Positions 42,389-56,285 of a DNA stretch of 64,000 nt are shown piece by piece (position 1 is the first letter of the stretch; the number at the start of each line of letters is the position of its first letter). The stretch is from Camelus ferus (taxonomy: Eukaryota), in the NCBI RefSeq assembly GCF_009834535.1, contig NC_045696.1, positions 85,748,001 to 85,812,000 of the forward strand. The letters run 5' to 3'. Below the pieces are notes generated by a model, which made no database searches, was not told where the DNA came from, and saw nothing but the letters and a program-made list of their open reading frames with translations. Made by a program: the position numbers and the translations under genes.

Positions 42389-43843
42389 GTAGGTACCAAT
42401 ATTTGACTACCCCATGTGGCAACTAAGATCATGATTTGTATCCTAGCCACTTCTTCAATATTGAAGTAATGAAAGGGGCTAGAGATCTCCAGAGCAGCTA
42501 GAGTGATTTTCTGAAAAACAAAGAAGTCACCATAAATTACAAGTGAAAGTAGATGACTGGATAACATCATTGACCTCAGTGAGAAGTGAGATTGTGACCC
42601 AATTCCTTACCCTCTCAACTGCAAAGAAAGAACATTCAGATTTGGCATTCCCTGCCAAATCTATGTTTACTTCCAGTTTTTAGAAAATAGCTGGCTAGGG
42701 TTCTCCTTGGAATTTTTTTCTACTCCTTAGATAAAGATTTGATGCTAACTTTTTCCTTTGTTACCCCAAGCTGCAGCTGTGCATTTCTGTGAGGCTATAC
42801 TACTAGTTCCAGCTTTAGAAAATGATTTTATATGTTCATGACACTTTTCCCAATATTTTGCCTTATTAATGAAATATATTTCATGAATATTAATGCACTG
42901 CACATCTAATATTAACTATAATTATTCTAAACATATGAAAAATATATCTTAAATAAAAATATTAGCTCATTTCCATTTGTCACGTGTGATGTGTACTTAA
43001 AGGGTATATTCAGTATAATATTATAAATATGTATACTATCACAACACTTTAAGGTGTTCAAGCAACATTTATTTGTATCACAGTAGCTCAAACTTCGATT
43101 ATAAATGCTGTTTTTCATTTGTTCTAATTTGAAAGACTATGTTTCACCAAAATTTACTTCTTTAAAACCCTTCAATATTAGTTGGCATTATTAAGTTAAT
43201 ATAACCTTGATTCTCAATATATAAATTTTCTTTCACATGCTAACCAATTACTAGGATTCAGTGTGGGTCAAATATGTCAGTTTGAATAGGGATCATCAAC
43301 TTGTAAGTCTTGTAACCTCTGAGAAAACATTTCATGACCCTGAGTATAGGTTTTCTATTCTGAAAAAATGAAAAGATCTAGCTGAAAATGAAATTAAATG
43401 CTTTATATATAAACAATATATTATCATTTAAAATATCGTAAAATGTTACATTAACTTAAATATTATCATATTAAGTACTTAAGGGGTTTGATCATTTTAA
43501 TCATTTATAGGATATTTTATTATTGAAAAAGAAATACCAATTAATAAATTAATTAAGACACATAACCTGTGGAAAGGAACCCAATTATTCTAAAACCACT
43601 GGTTTCTTACATTAGTTATTGAGGTAGTACTTTAGAGTGTTAGACATTTGTATATTCATTTGCATGCTCTCATTGCAGTAACAGTCCAAATAATAAATTA
43701 TTTTCTAAGGGAAATGTGTTTGTGTGTGCAATAAAGGAACATTTGAATTCCTAGGCTCAGTCTTCTTGTGAACTTAAATATTACATTAACAAAATTCACA
43801 TGCTATCATTATTTAAAAATATATTATGTTTTTTAAATTTTAG

Positions 43844-43940
43844 TATAAACTTAATTCTTACGGATTTCATCCCTATCACATGTCTCTGGAAGATGAGAGC
43901 CATGCTCATGGAGTTCTCTTACTTAACAGCAATGCAATGG
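43844..43940 (+). CDS. SI: SI exon 29
   Basis: tttag|...|gtaaaa; 97 nt; [32 protein letters not shown]. Confidence 0.95.
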
Positions 43941-44019
43941 GTAAAACACTTTTTTAAAATTTCTCATATTTTATGTGACTCTTTAATGAAATTATAACTT
44001 ATACAGAGATAAAATTTAA

Positions 44020-44154
<135 letters not shown>

Positions 44155-44234
44155 TGAGTGTACTTTTTTATAAAAACATAAATTTTTTTATAATATAAAA
44201 TAATTCTCTTAACTCAGAAATAATTTTTTCAAAG

Positions 44235-44360
44235 GTAATTGGCAGACCAGTCATGCCACCTTATTGGGCTTTGGGATTCCAGTTATGTCGTTATGGGTAC
44301 AGAAATACTTCAGAAGTTCAGCAAGTATACAATGACATGGTGACTGCTCGGATCCCCTAT
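44235..44360 (+). CDS. SI: SI exon 31
   Basis: caaag|...|gtatgt; 126 nt; [42 protein letters not shown]. Confidence 0.95.
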
Positions 44361-45574
44361 GTATGTATATAAATTTTTAAGATATTATTGAACATGTCAT
44401 CTATAAAAGCAGAATGAAATAATCAAACATATGTACTTTAAAATTATTTTTAAACATTTGACAATAATCAATGCTTAGTAGCACAAAATGAATTGGGTAT
44501 GGTATTTTATTGATTGTCTTTATCAGGTGGATAAAGGAAATGGGATAATACCATTCCTTTTCATTGTTTCTCACCAGTTCAATGATTGTGAGTTGTACTA
44601 AACAAGTTATTATGCACTTGCTTTTCTTTCAGAACCTTTGGGTTTCATAAGTAGTCAAACACATTCCCCATATTCTCTTTAGATAAGAGTAAGTGTCCAT
44701 AGGAATCTCTTTCATCAACTGATGTGACAAATTACAAAAAAGGAGACAATACTCGTAATGTTAGAATACAGAATTAGAGGGCTTGCTGAGTATCATCCCT
44801 CACTGTTTGGGAAACTAAATATTCATAAGTGTCCAGAAATAATCAGTCCCTGTGGTTTTATTTTTAACAAGAATAAGGAACCCTAGCAATCCTCCTAGTA
44901 ACATTTAAACATTGAAATCTGGAATGCTTAGTATATAAGAACTCATTCTAAGAAGGATAAGAAGGACCTCATTTATAAGACATAAGTACATATAGTAGAA
45001 TCCAACATATGATTGCTGAATACTTTATTATGGGGAAATTAATTATATAGGTTGATGATGTAACAATACACAAGTGGAAATTTTATAAAGAGAGATTTTC
45101 CATTATTAGGTCTACTATGTCAGCCATATTTTTATAAAAGAAGTAATTGACCTAATATATATTAACAAAATAATTTTTAAAAAGGTTAGTAGGTCTAAGT
45201 TAAAGATTTTGTGATAAAATTAAAGCATTTATTAATTTAAACATATTTGTAAATACCTACATATGAACAATATTTTGCTTTTTTAAGCCTGGGCTATTAT
45301 TTCTCAAATGACTTTGGTGGATAATGAAAGAATAATTTTATAATAATTGGTGGATTTACTAATAATTCTTTTTTTCCTTTGGCAATGTTAGAGTTATTTG
45401 AAATTATTCCATATTTGCTACAATTGTGTTTCCAAAAATGGAGAAATACCTATTTCTGTATACTATATAAAATTCCAAACTGCCATTTAACATAATTTTA
45501 TAGCCTCATAAATTCTTTACTCCTGTGTCTTCCTATTTCCTTTGGTAATTATGTAACAAAAGATACTGATTTGA

Positions 45575-46262
45575 GTATAGAGATTCCTCAAAAGACTAAA
45601 AATAGTATTACCATATGATCCAGAAATCCCACTCTTGGGCATATATCCAGAGGGAACCTTAATTCAAAAAGATGAATGCACCTCAATGTTCATAGCAGCA
45701 CTATTTACAATAGCCAAGACATGGAAACAACCTAAATGTCCATTGACAGATGACTGGTTAAAGAAGTTGTGGTATATTTATACAATAGGATATTATTTAA
45801 CTATAAAAATTAATAAAATAATGCCATTTGCAGCAACATGGATGGACCTGGAGATTGTCATTCTAAGTGAAGTAAAAGCCAGAAAGACAAAGAAAAATAC
45901 CATATGATATCACTTACACGTGAAATCTAAAATGAAAGATGAACTTACTTACAAAACATAAACATATTCACAGACATAGAAAACAAACTTATAGTTACCA
46001 GGGGGAAAGAGGGTGGGAAGGGATAAATTGAGAGTTTCAGATTTGTAGATAACTAAATAATATATATATAAAATAGATAAACAACAAATTCATACTATAT
46101 AGCACAGGGAACAATATTCAGTATCTTGTAATAACCTTTAATGAAAAAGAATATGAAAACAAATACATGTATGTTCGTGTATGACTGAAGCATTATGCTC
46201 TATACCAGAAAATGACACAAGACTGTAAACTGACTATGCTTCAGTAAATATATATATTTAAG
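45575..46262 (+). mobile_element. 5'-truncated L1 (ORF2 C-terminus plus 3' UTR) with target-site duplication
   Basis: ORF 45635-45907 gives GIYP...MFIAALFTIAKTWKQPKCP...MPFAATWMDLE (L1 ORF2 C-terminus); flanked by aagatactgatttga and aagataactgatttga. Confidence 0.92.
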
Positions 46263-46527
46263 AAGATAACTGATTTGAAAGGATTTTTACTTCTATACCA
46301 ACATTTTACTTCTGTATCAACTTAACAAAACAAAACATTTATATGAACTTGCTCTTAGAATACTTTGTCTTTACATGCTACTTTTATTTCTTGCACATAA
46401 TACTACTTGACCAATTCTCTTAAGCATTGAAACTTTCATATTGCTATTACTTTCATAAGTCTAATAGAATATAATAAACTCACTCTTTTGATTCTTATCC
46501 CACTACCACAATTCTCATATCTTTCAG

Positions 46528-46656
46528 GATGTTCAATACACAGACATTGATTACATGGAAAGGCAACTAGACTTTACAATTGATGACGAATTCTGGGACC
46601 TTCCTCAGTTTGTTGACAAAATAAGAAATGAAGGAATGAGATACATCATTATCCTG
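46528..46656 (+). CDS. SI: SI exon 32
   Basis: ttcag|...|gtcagt; 129 nt; [43 protein letters not shown]. Confidence 0.95.
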
Positions 46657-47375
46657 GTCAGTATTTACATTTTATATTTTATCTGAGTGTTACTATCTTG
46701 ATTTTGTTAATATTTCTCTCCTGAATGATGGACGGAAAGGTGTTTCAGAATATGAAGTATGTAACTTTGGATTCTCCTCCCAAATCTAAAACCTTTTCCT
46801 TTAACACATTTTATTTATATGGTCTGCCACAAGGCTACCTCAGTCTTAGGTATAACCTTAGAGACCGAAGACTAAACAAAGCTAGGAGTCAAAGGCAGGC
46901 TGTTTTCTAGTTATTAGCCAAGTTACAAACTAGCCTCAATTTATGGAAGCTGTCACAAAGTGGTGATGGATTTTCTATTCCTATACAATTCTCAAATCAT
47001 TCTATGGGACTGCTTCTTATGCTTGTCACATTTAAAAATTCGCCTTCAAGTTACTGATTTTGTAGGGAGACTGTTTCATCAATATCTTACAGAAAGAAAG
47101 CTAGGCAGTCAGAAATCCCACTGGAGAAATAAAAACAAAACAAAAACACTAGTAATCTTGCTTGAAATCATAGCTAATACATTTTCAAAAGTTCTTAAAA
47201 TTTTCTTCTAGGGAATTCACAAGGCTATCTAGCTAGAACTCAGAAGTTTATACCATCAGTCCACTTGTCAGTCCACATGAGAATACAATGGAAAATTGTA
47301 ATGTTTCTTAACAGCTACCCAACTGGCTATACTTTTATACCATAGTTATCTGGCTTGTATTTTTTTTAATTTTAG

Positions 47376-47486
47376 GATCCAGCAATTTCAGGAAATGAAA
47401 CAAAGCCTTACCCTGCATTTGAAAGAGGACAGGAAAAAGATGTCTTTGTCAAATGGCCTAACACCAATGATGTTTGTTGGGGAAAG
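47376..47486 (+). CDS. SI: SI exon 33
   Basis: tttag|...|gtattg; 111 nt; [37 protein letters not shown]. Confidence 0.95.
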
Positions 47487-47701
47487 GTATTGAATTGATA
47501 TTTTGAAATAAAATAAGTATAACAATGCCATTTCATTGAAAGTTTCTATTTAACGAAGCAACTGTTAAAGACATATTCAGAGTAAGAGATGTAATGATTT
47601 AATAGCTAATAAATAAAAGAACAGGTACTCTGAGTTCAATCTCAATTACTAGAAACAGAGAAAGAATTCATATGCTATATGTTTAAATACTATTCGTTTC
47701 A

Positions 47702-47779
47702 TCTTTAAATTGCTATTTATTGTATTTCTTGGTACCTTTTTCTTTAAATTGCTATTTATTGTATTTCTTGGTACCTTTT
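47702..47779. repeat. Perfect 39-bp tandem duplication
   Basis: tctttaaattgctatttattgtatttcttggtacctttt occurs twice head to tail. Confidence 0.97.
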
Positions 47780-48069
47780 GTGTTTTATTATAAAACTACC
47801 ATTAATAAGATGGCTACTCATCATTCTATACTACAGGGGTCATTTAAATGTTTGTAACTTCTCTTAAAAGCATCTTATTAATAAAATAAAGAATGTTGTT
47901 AAAAGCTATACTTACATCCCTGTCCTGAACAAGGAATGTAATGCATTATATTTCATTTAAACAATAATATTCAGACCTGGATATATTAATATATAAAACA
48001 TCTTGAGTTGGCTTATATATAAAAGAGTAAAGAAAAAAATATCCACTAGTCATAACTAGAATGAAAAAG

Positions 48070-48345
48070 AATCCCGTAATGGGAGATGTAATTAAATGTG
48101 ATGTGGGATTCTTTTTGGAACTTGTACCAAAAATAGAATGTTAGTGATAAAAGTGGTGAAATTCGAACATGGCCTGTAGATTAGTTAATAGTGTGTTAAT
48201 ATTAATGTATTGGTTTTAATCATTGTTGTATGGTTATGAATATATTAATATTAGGGAAAGCACAATGATGGGTATAGGAGAACACTAGGTATAATGTGTG
48301 TGATTTTTCTATACATCTGAAAATATTTCAAAATTAAAGTATAAG
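48070..48345 (+). mobile_element. L1MC-like 3' UTR fragment
   Basis: aaatgtgatgtgggattc...gtggtgaaattcgaac...gattagttaatagt...tctgaaaatatttcaaaattaaagt. Confidence 0.6.
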
Positions 48346-49177
48346 AAAACAAAGTCTGTGATAAACTCAGTAAAAAAATCATAATATTTTAAGAAACATG
48401 CAAGTAGAGATTACGTGACTATAGAAAGAGATTTTTTTTCTTTCCTGCCTTCCTCTCCTCATTCTGTACTTCTATACAATTTCTCAGATTTCTACCTTTA
48501 CAGCACTATTCTCTGTCAGCAACTAGTCCCTTGTATGTAATTACTCCTTTGAGGATTATCTACATTTTTATGTGGAACTTTCTAGTTTCTACAACATAGA
48601 TTCAAATCCCAGAGCTTTTGGCATGCTTGAATTTGGGCTCTGTTTTGTGTTTGTGGCTGGCGTGGAAGAAAACATTGGTAGGCAGGGAGGCAAGAAAGGA
48701 GGATTTAGTAATAACTGTGAAAACCAAGAAAATATTTGCCTCAGCATTGCATCATCCAACTCATATGTTCAGTTCTTTTCATACAAAATTTTTTTATCTT
48801 TTTAGATTTTAATCCTGAGTGATTGTAGAAACTATTTTAATATACCACATTAAGTTAAATATAGTATATATTTTTCATATTTATTTTTGACCAGAGCTTT
48901 TGGTTATATGCATTGCTTTTAAATCATTACCTGCCACAAAGGTTGGTATTCTTTTCTTATTTGCCATATTAAAGAGGAGATTAATATGGAAAATGGGGCT
49001 AGTTTGCAAATGATACATATACCAAAACACAAACTAATAAAAATAATTGAAGGAATTATTGATCTGGAGCTCTTGAGTCTATAATACATTTCTAAAATTC
49101 TATTATACTTCATTTACAACAGTCATATCACACTGAATTTATATGAATTGGTTTCCCATTTTTTTCTCTCTTTGTAG

Positions 49178-49240
49178 GTTTGGCCAGATTTGCCTAATGT
49201 GACAATAGATGAAAGTCTAACTGAAGATGAAGCTGTTAAT
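49178..49240 (+). CDS. SI: SI exon 34 (insertion loop specific to the C-terminal subunit)
   Basis: tgtag|...|gtaagt; 63 nt; [21 protein letters not shown]. Confidence 0.94.
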
Positions 49241-49477
49241 GTAAGTTTTATACTGATTAACTATATAACTAAAAGAAATTCGGCACTCTGATTTAATGAC
49301 CACTTTGACCAATAATTCATTTTGAATGCTTTCCTTAAAAAAGTGATGGCTTATATTCTAATTCTCTATATCAAACCATATTAAATCAAATTTATTTACT
49401 TCTAAATACCAACCTGTTTCAGTTACTCTGTTAAGCAATTTACATTTTATTTTATTTAATCCAAGCAATAATTATTT

Positions 49478-51351
49478 TTTAAAATTTTTATTTTATTGAA
49501 TATTTAACATGACATTTACTCTCAACATTTTAAGTTTACAGTACAGCATTCTTCACCCTAGGGACAATGTTGTAGAGCAGATCACTAAAACTTATTCATC
49601 TTACATAATCAACACTTTATGCCTATTGAATAGCAACTCCCAATTACCCTTGGAACTCCAGTCCCTGGCAACTACCACTCAACTCTCACATTCTATGAGT
49701 TTGACTGTTTTAAATACCTCACATAAGTGGAATCATGCAGTATTTGTCCTTCTATGACTGGCTGATTTCACCCAGCATAATGTCCTTTAAGTATATTCAT
49801 GTTGCCCCAGTGTTTCAGGATTTCCTTCTTTTTAGAGACTGAATAGAATTCCTTTGTTTGTATATACCACATTTTCTATATCAATTCATCCATCAATGGT
49901 CATTTAGGTTATTTTGACATCTTTACTCTTGTGAATAGTGCAGCAACAAATGTGGGAGTTCAAATAGCTCTTCAAGATCCTGATTTCAGGTGTTTTGGGA
50001 TAAATGCCTGAAAATTGGATTTCTGGATCGTATGGTAGATCTATTTTTAATTTTTTGTAGACTCTTAATATTGTTTTTCTTAGTGGCTGCACCATTTGCA
50101 TTGATATCAACAGTGTACAGGGATTCCAATTTCTCTACATCTTTACCAACACTTGTTATTCTTTGGGGTTTTTTTTTTGGATAGTATCCATACTAACATA
50201 TGTGAGATGATACAACATTATGGTTTTTACTTGTGTGCCCCTAATGATAAGTGATATTGGGCATCATTTCATCTACCTGTTGGTCATATGTCTGTGCTCT
50301 TTAGAGAAATGTCTCTTCAAGTCCTTGCCCATTTTCTGTGTTATTAGTGTTTATTGAGTTGTAGGACTTCCTTACATACTTTCAAAATTCAGCTTTTATC
50401 AATACATGGTGTGCAAATATTTTGTCCCATTCTCTAGGTTGCCCTTTCACTTTGTTGATTGTTTCCTTTTCTGTGCAAAATCTTTTTAGTCTGATGTAGT
50501 CTCACTGGTGTATTCTGGGGTTTTTTTTACCTATGTTTTGGTGTCACAGCCATAAAATCTTTGCCAAGACCCATGTCATGAAGATTTTTCCTTATATTTT
50601 TTTCCTCTGAATACCTCTGCAGTTTTGGGTGTTACATTTAAGTCTTTAGTCAGTTTTGAGTTGAGTTTTGTCTATAGTATAAGACTCTAATTTAATTCTT
50701 CTGCATGTGAATATCCAGTTTGTTAAAGAGACTATACTTTCTCCATTGTGTATTCTTGGCACCCTTGTCAAAGGTCAACTGACTATATATGTGTGGATTG
50801 ATTTCTGAGCCATTGGCCTGTGTGTCTGTTTTTATGGAAAGATCATGCTGTTTTAATTGTTGTAGCTTTGTAATAAATTTTTGAAATCAGGAAATGTGAT
50901 GCCTTCAGCTTTGTTCTACTTTCTCAAGATGATTTTGGCTATTCAGGGACGTCTACATTTCCAAATGAACTCTGAAATGTTTTTTTCTATTTCTGTAATA
51001 GATGCTATTAGGATTTTGATAGGGGTTTCACTGACTCTGTAGATTCCTTTGGTACTATGGACATTTTAACAGTATTAATTCTTTCAGTCCATGAACATGG
51101 TTTATCTTCCTATTTGTTTCTTCAATATCTTTCATTAATGCTTTATAGTTTTCAATGTACAGATCTTTCACCTCATTAATCAGGTTTATTCCTAAGTATT
51201 TTATTATTTTTGTTGCTGTTGTAAATGGGACTATTTTCCTAATTTTCCTTTCAGATAGTTTATTGTTGGTGTATAGAGATGTAACTGATTTTTGCATGTT
51301 GATTTTGTATCTTACAACTTTGCTGAATTCATTTATTAGTTCTAATGTTTA

Positions 51352-51385
<34 letters not shown>

Positions 51386-53357
51386 CTTTGGTGTTTTCTA
51401 CATATAAGATCACATCATCTATAAACAGGGACACTTTTACTTCTTCCTTTCTGATTTGGATGCTTTTTTTCCTATTCATGCCTAGTTATTCTGGCTAAGA
51501 CTGCCAGTACTGTGTTAAATAGAAGTGACAAGAGTGAGCATCCTTGCCTTCTTCCTGATCTGAACTAAAAAGCTGAAAATTTTTCCTGAATGAACATGAT
51601 ATTAGCTTTGGGAATTTAATGTATGTCCTTTATTATGTTGAGGTAATTTCCTTCTCTTAGTTTATCAAGAGTTTTTATCATGAAAGAGAGTTGAATTTTG
51701 TCAAATATTTTTTCTGCATTTTTGTTGAGATGATCATGTGATTTTTATCACTTATTCTGTTAATGTGCTATATCACAGTCTATGACTTTTGTATGTTGAA
51801 TAATCCTTTCCTCACAGGGAAATCCCATTTGCTCATGGTGTGTGATCCCTTTAATGTGCTGTTAAATGTGGTTTGCTAGTATTTTATTGAGCATGTTTGC
51901 ATCTATATTTGTCAGATATTGTTCTGTAGGTTTTTTTTAGGGGGAGGGGGGTTTGTGGGGTCTTTGACTTTGGCAGCAGGGTGATATTCACCTCTTAAAA
52001 TGAATTTGGAAGTATTCTCTCCACTTCAGTTTTTTTCAGATGAATTTGAGAAGGATGAGCATTAATTCTTTCTTAAATGTTTGGTAGAATTCACCAGTGA
52101 AGCCATCTGGCCCTAGACTTTTCTTTGCTGGGAAAACTTTGATTACTGATTCAATCTCCTTATAAGTAATTTCTCAGATTTTGTTTCTTCATGTTTCAGT
52201 CTTGTTAGGTTGTATGAAACCAGGAATTTGTCCATTTCTTCTAGGTTATCCAGTATGTTGTATAATTGCTTATCATGGTCTTTTATGATCCTTTTTATTT
52301 CGGTGGCATCAGTTTAATGTCTCATCTTCTGTATCTGACTTTATTTAACTTTATATTTTTTTCTTAGTCTAGCTAACAGTTTGTAAATTTTGTATATGCT
52401 GTCTACAAGAAACTCAGTTTAGATTTGAGGACACACATAGACTGATAGTGAATGTATGAAAAAACATATTCCATAGAAACAGCAACCAAAAGAGAGCAGG
52501 GGAAGCTGTACTTATATCAGACAAAATAGACTTAAGTAAGAAACTGTCACAGGAGACAAATAAAGGCATTATACAATGATAAAAGAATCATTCTTCAGGA
52601 GGATATAATGATTATAAATATATGTACACCCAGCATCAGAGCAACTAAATGTATAAAGCAAACATCAACAGAACTGAAGGGAGAAATACATAGTAATACA
52701 AAAATAGTTGGAGACCTCAATATTTCACTTTCAATAATGGATAAAGCAACCAGACAGAAAATCAACAAAGAAACAGTGGACTTGAACAACACTATAGACC
52801 ATATGAATATGACAGACATATACAGAGCATTCTACCCAACTGGCAGAATATACGTTCTTCTCAAAAGCATATGGAACATTCTTTGGATATATTACATTGG
52901 GTCATAAAACAAGTATTAATAAATTTAAGAAAGTTGAAACCATACCAAATATGTTTAGTGACCATAGCAGAATGAAACTAGAATCAATGTCAGAAAGAAA
53001 ACTGGAAAATTCGCAAATATATGGATAATTTCCACAGCACACTTGCAATAGCAAGTGGATCAAAAAAGCAATCAAAAGGGGAGTTAGAAAATATCTTGAG
53101 ACAATGAAAAATGAAAATACAACATACCGTCTCTTACAGAATGCAGCAAAACCAGTACTGAGAGGGAAGTTTACAATGATATGCATTCATTAAAAAAAAG
53201 ACCTCAAATAAGCAACCTAAGATACACCTTCAGGAACTAGGAAAAGGACAAACTAGGTTCAAAGCCAGCAGAAGGAAGTTATAAAGATTAGACCAGAGAT
53301 AAATGAACTAAAAAATATCAAAGCAATAGGGAAAAAATCAATGAAACTAAGAGTTTG
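49478..53357 (-). mobile_element. L1 of about 3.9 kb with a 5' inversion (- strand 49478-52396; inverted + strand segment 52394-53357)
   Basis: T-rich tail at left; ORF2 peptides on - ([19 protein letters not shown]...KYLGINL) and endonuclease peptides on + (IVGDLNISLSIMD); diverged TSD gcaataattatttt / gcaatcaatctttt. Confidence 0.9.
51355..51384. repeat. (GT)15 microsatellite inside the L1
   Basis: Read directly. Confidence 0.95.
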
Positions 53358-54767
53358 GCAATCAATCTTTTAGGTAAATTGAGTTATCATAATTAAATCG
53401 CACACGTTCCTGTAAGTGTGAAAAATTAGAGGAGTATTCTTACTGAAAATTTACCGAATTATTTCTAAAGTAGAGTTCAAAGAATTATTGAATCATATTG
53501 TTGAGGGAAAAAGTCAGAGTTTTATTTCAGTTGGAGTTCTACTCATTAGTGTTGGGTAGTATTAGCAATACTGTAGAGGAAGGCATGGTTCTTTGTATAG
53601 ATTTTGGAGGATAGCTTCAATTTACAATGGCTTATGTAGAATTGCTTTGGATTCTCTTCCATAAAATTATAAAAGAATGTTGAATCACAGGTACCTGATG
53701 AAATTTATGGATATAAGCAATGATTTATATTAAAGGAATAAAAGCAGCCATGTGATAATAAAATACACAGAAAAATGAATAAATTGTGAAAACAGCAGAA
53801 CAATGAAAGTTAAGAAACAAAATATAGTGTTATCGTTCTTACTATTTCTTATTGTGATCTAGGAGAGATTCCATAGAAAATGCTTATTGAATATAACCTA
53901 TCTAAACCTTCTTTCTTTATGAGTAAAATGCATTTATTGGGCAAAGTGATGAAGTCCCTTTTAACTCTAAAAATATTCATGATACATGTTTTGTAAACCC
54001 CTATATTGTCTACTATGCATTTTTCTCTATGCACAATGCCCTCACATATTCTTGTTCATAGAGAAGACTGTTCTGGCAGTTACTGTGCAGTCAAAGTATG
54101 ACAGGAAAGCATGCAGGTGATGCTGTTTTTCAGGCAATTGATTAACCTGCAGAAAGTCCAACCTCTGCTAACACACAAACCTTGGAGTTTATACGGGTAG
54201 GTCAGCAAGTAGAGAATTTTCTTGGTAGGGAATGGAGTATATCACTTCCTCTCCACTGGGGAGGAGGGGGAAAGGGTTAGATGTGAGAGAGAAAGAGAAA
54301 GAAAGTTGGTTGAGTTGATGGAAAAATATGTTGGTTTCAGAAGGGCAGAAAGCTGAATAAACAAAGTTTTATCAGAAAAATAGGCTAAACCAAGGTCCTT
54401 TCCTCTCCCACATGCTCCATAAAGGTAAACCTGCAATGTAGGACTCTAAAAATATGGAGAAAAAAGTTCCCTATCACTCTAAGAAGCACTGGAAATATAT
54501 TTCTGTGTGTTCTGAACTGGTTCTTTGCAATCCATATAGAACCCCAAGGCTGCTCTCTTCTCTCTCCGTGTATACCTTTCTCCCTCTGCTCCCTGTTGCT
54601 GCTGGGGTGGTTGGGGGAAAATCATACACAATCATTCATTCAAGTTGCGATCAGGTTACTTTCACTTTCACTTATGCACAACTTGTGAGTCTGACAGATA
54701 AATGTCTAGTTAGTCACACATGATCTCTCTTATGACTTTCTCCATGTGGGTCTGAATTTTTTTACAG

Positions 54768-54884
54768 GCTTTCAGAGCTCATGTAGCTTTCCCAGATTTC
54801 TTCAGGAATTCCACAGCAGAGTGGTGGGCCAGGGAAATTATAGATTTCTACAATAATCAGATGAAGTTTGATGGCTTGTGGATT
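54768..54884 (+). CDS. SI: SI exon 35
   Basis: tacag|...|gtaagt; 117 nt; [39 protein letters not shown]. Confidence 0.95.
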
Positions 54885-56197
54885 GTAAGTAGCCTTTGAG
54901 CATTTTACATTTTAAGTGTAGTGATTATGCAAAATTCTTACTAGATTCTAATAATATTAAAGTATTCTTTGTGAAAATTAGCTCACTCGTTTTTTTTTCT
55001 GTAGAACTTTCTTATGCAAAGGTGTGCGATAAATACAGTTTTAACAATTTAATTTGTGTATACGGATGCTATTTCCTGAATATTAAAGTTGAGTATTTCC
55101 AATTTGACCAGGAAACCAAAATAGCCTCTTTTTCTAATGATTCATAAATGCTTATAAACATATGTTATTTTATTTTCATTCAATGTAAGAATAAATGTCA
55201 CACTCAACTGTCAGTCTTTGATGTAAGAAATCATAATCTCTTACAAATGTAGCAAAATCATTTGTTAAACAATCTCCTAATTTGAGGTTTAACTTTAAAA
55301 TGTTATTAATAAGATTTTTGATAAGATAATTTTGAGATAGCATAAAAAGAATTTACGATATCACAAGTAAATGTTTAACACAGGAGGTTTTACACAATAC
55401 TTCTCTAGATTTTTGAACATGACATTTCTACTCTTGATTTTTCAACACGTATGCATTAAATTACTTACCTTTTTAATTAAATAAACTTTATAGAGGCACT
55501 GTCATTTGCAAGCCTTGAGGATGTGAAAATGGATAAAGATTTTTTTAATTAATGAGAAATACAGGCTTATTTTATGTATAAAGTTATGTACTATAAAGGA
55601 TTCTATTAAGTATATCCCCAAGAATTATATCTGGATCCCCAAAAGATAACCTTCTTTATGATGAAAGAATCTCCTTTAAGTGGTAACTAATTTATATATT
55701 TACATGATAGTCCCTTTATATGTGGCTACTAAGATTCTGAAATGTATACTCAGTTAGAGATACTCTTTGAAGTTTTCTGTATTTGTAAACTGTATCTTGT
55801 GGTTTTAAAAAACACAAATTATTGTTTTAAAAAAATTGACACAAGGCTCCAGGGCAGAAGTGGAGGGAAGGACATTGGGAAACATACACTATTATAACTT
55901 AATTTTATGTCTAGAAACATAGAAAATAATTCACTTTCATACGTAGATTTTATCTACAAAGAAAAACAGGACATTTTGTTTTCTCAAAAGAAGATGTGAA
56001 TTGTATACAAGCTGAGAAACACCGAGCCTAAACTAAATTCTTTAGTATTGTTGAGATACCTTATATTTCTGTTCTTTAGAATAGTAAATGAGCTATTATT
56101 CAAATATGCTACGTTAATTTACTGGTTTCTAAATTAGTTCTTTTTAGAAGATACGCCCTAAATTTGTTTTTTGTTAACTTTTCTTTCTCTTTTTAAG

Positions 56198-56285
56198 GAT
56201 ATGAATGAACCATCAAGTTTTGTAAATGGAACAACTACTAATCAATGCAGAAATGAAGCGCTAAATTACCCACCTTATTTCCCAG
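56198..56285 (+). CDS. SI: SI exon 36 (first codon is the sucrase nucleophile Asp, human D1394)
   Basis: ttaag|...|gtataa; 88 nt; [29 protein letters not shown]. Confidence 0.95.

Noticed and set aside
44231..44240. AG|GT recursive-splice-like sites at exons 13, 31 and 34
   Set aside because: They are explained by Val codons (GTA/GTT) at the start of these exons.
45635..45907. 90-aa ORF as a host gene
   Set aside because: It is the L1 ORF2 C-terminus inside a TSD-flanked insertion.
47702..47779. CRISPR-like repeat
   Set aside because: There are only two abutting copies with no spacer, in a mammalian intron.
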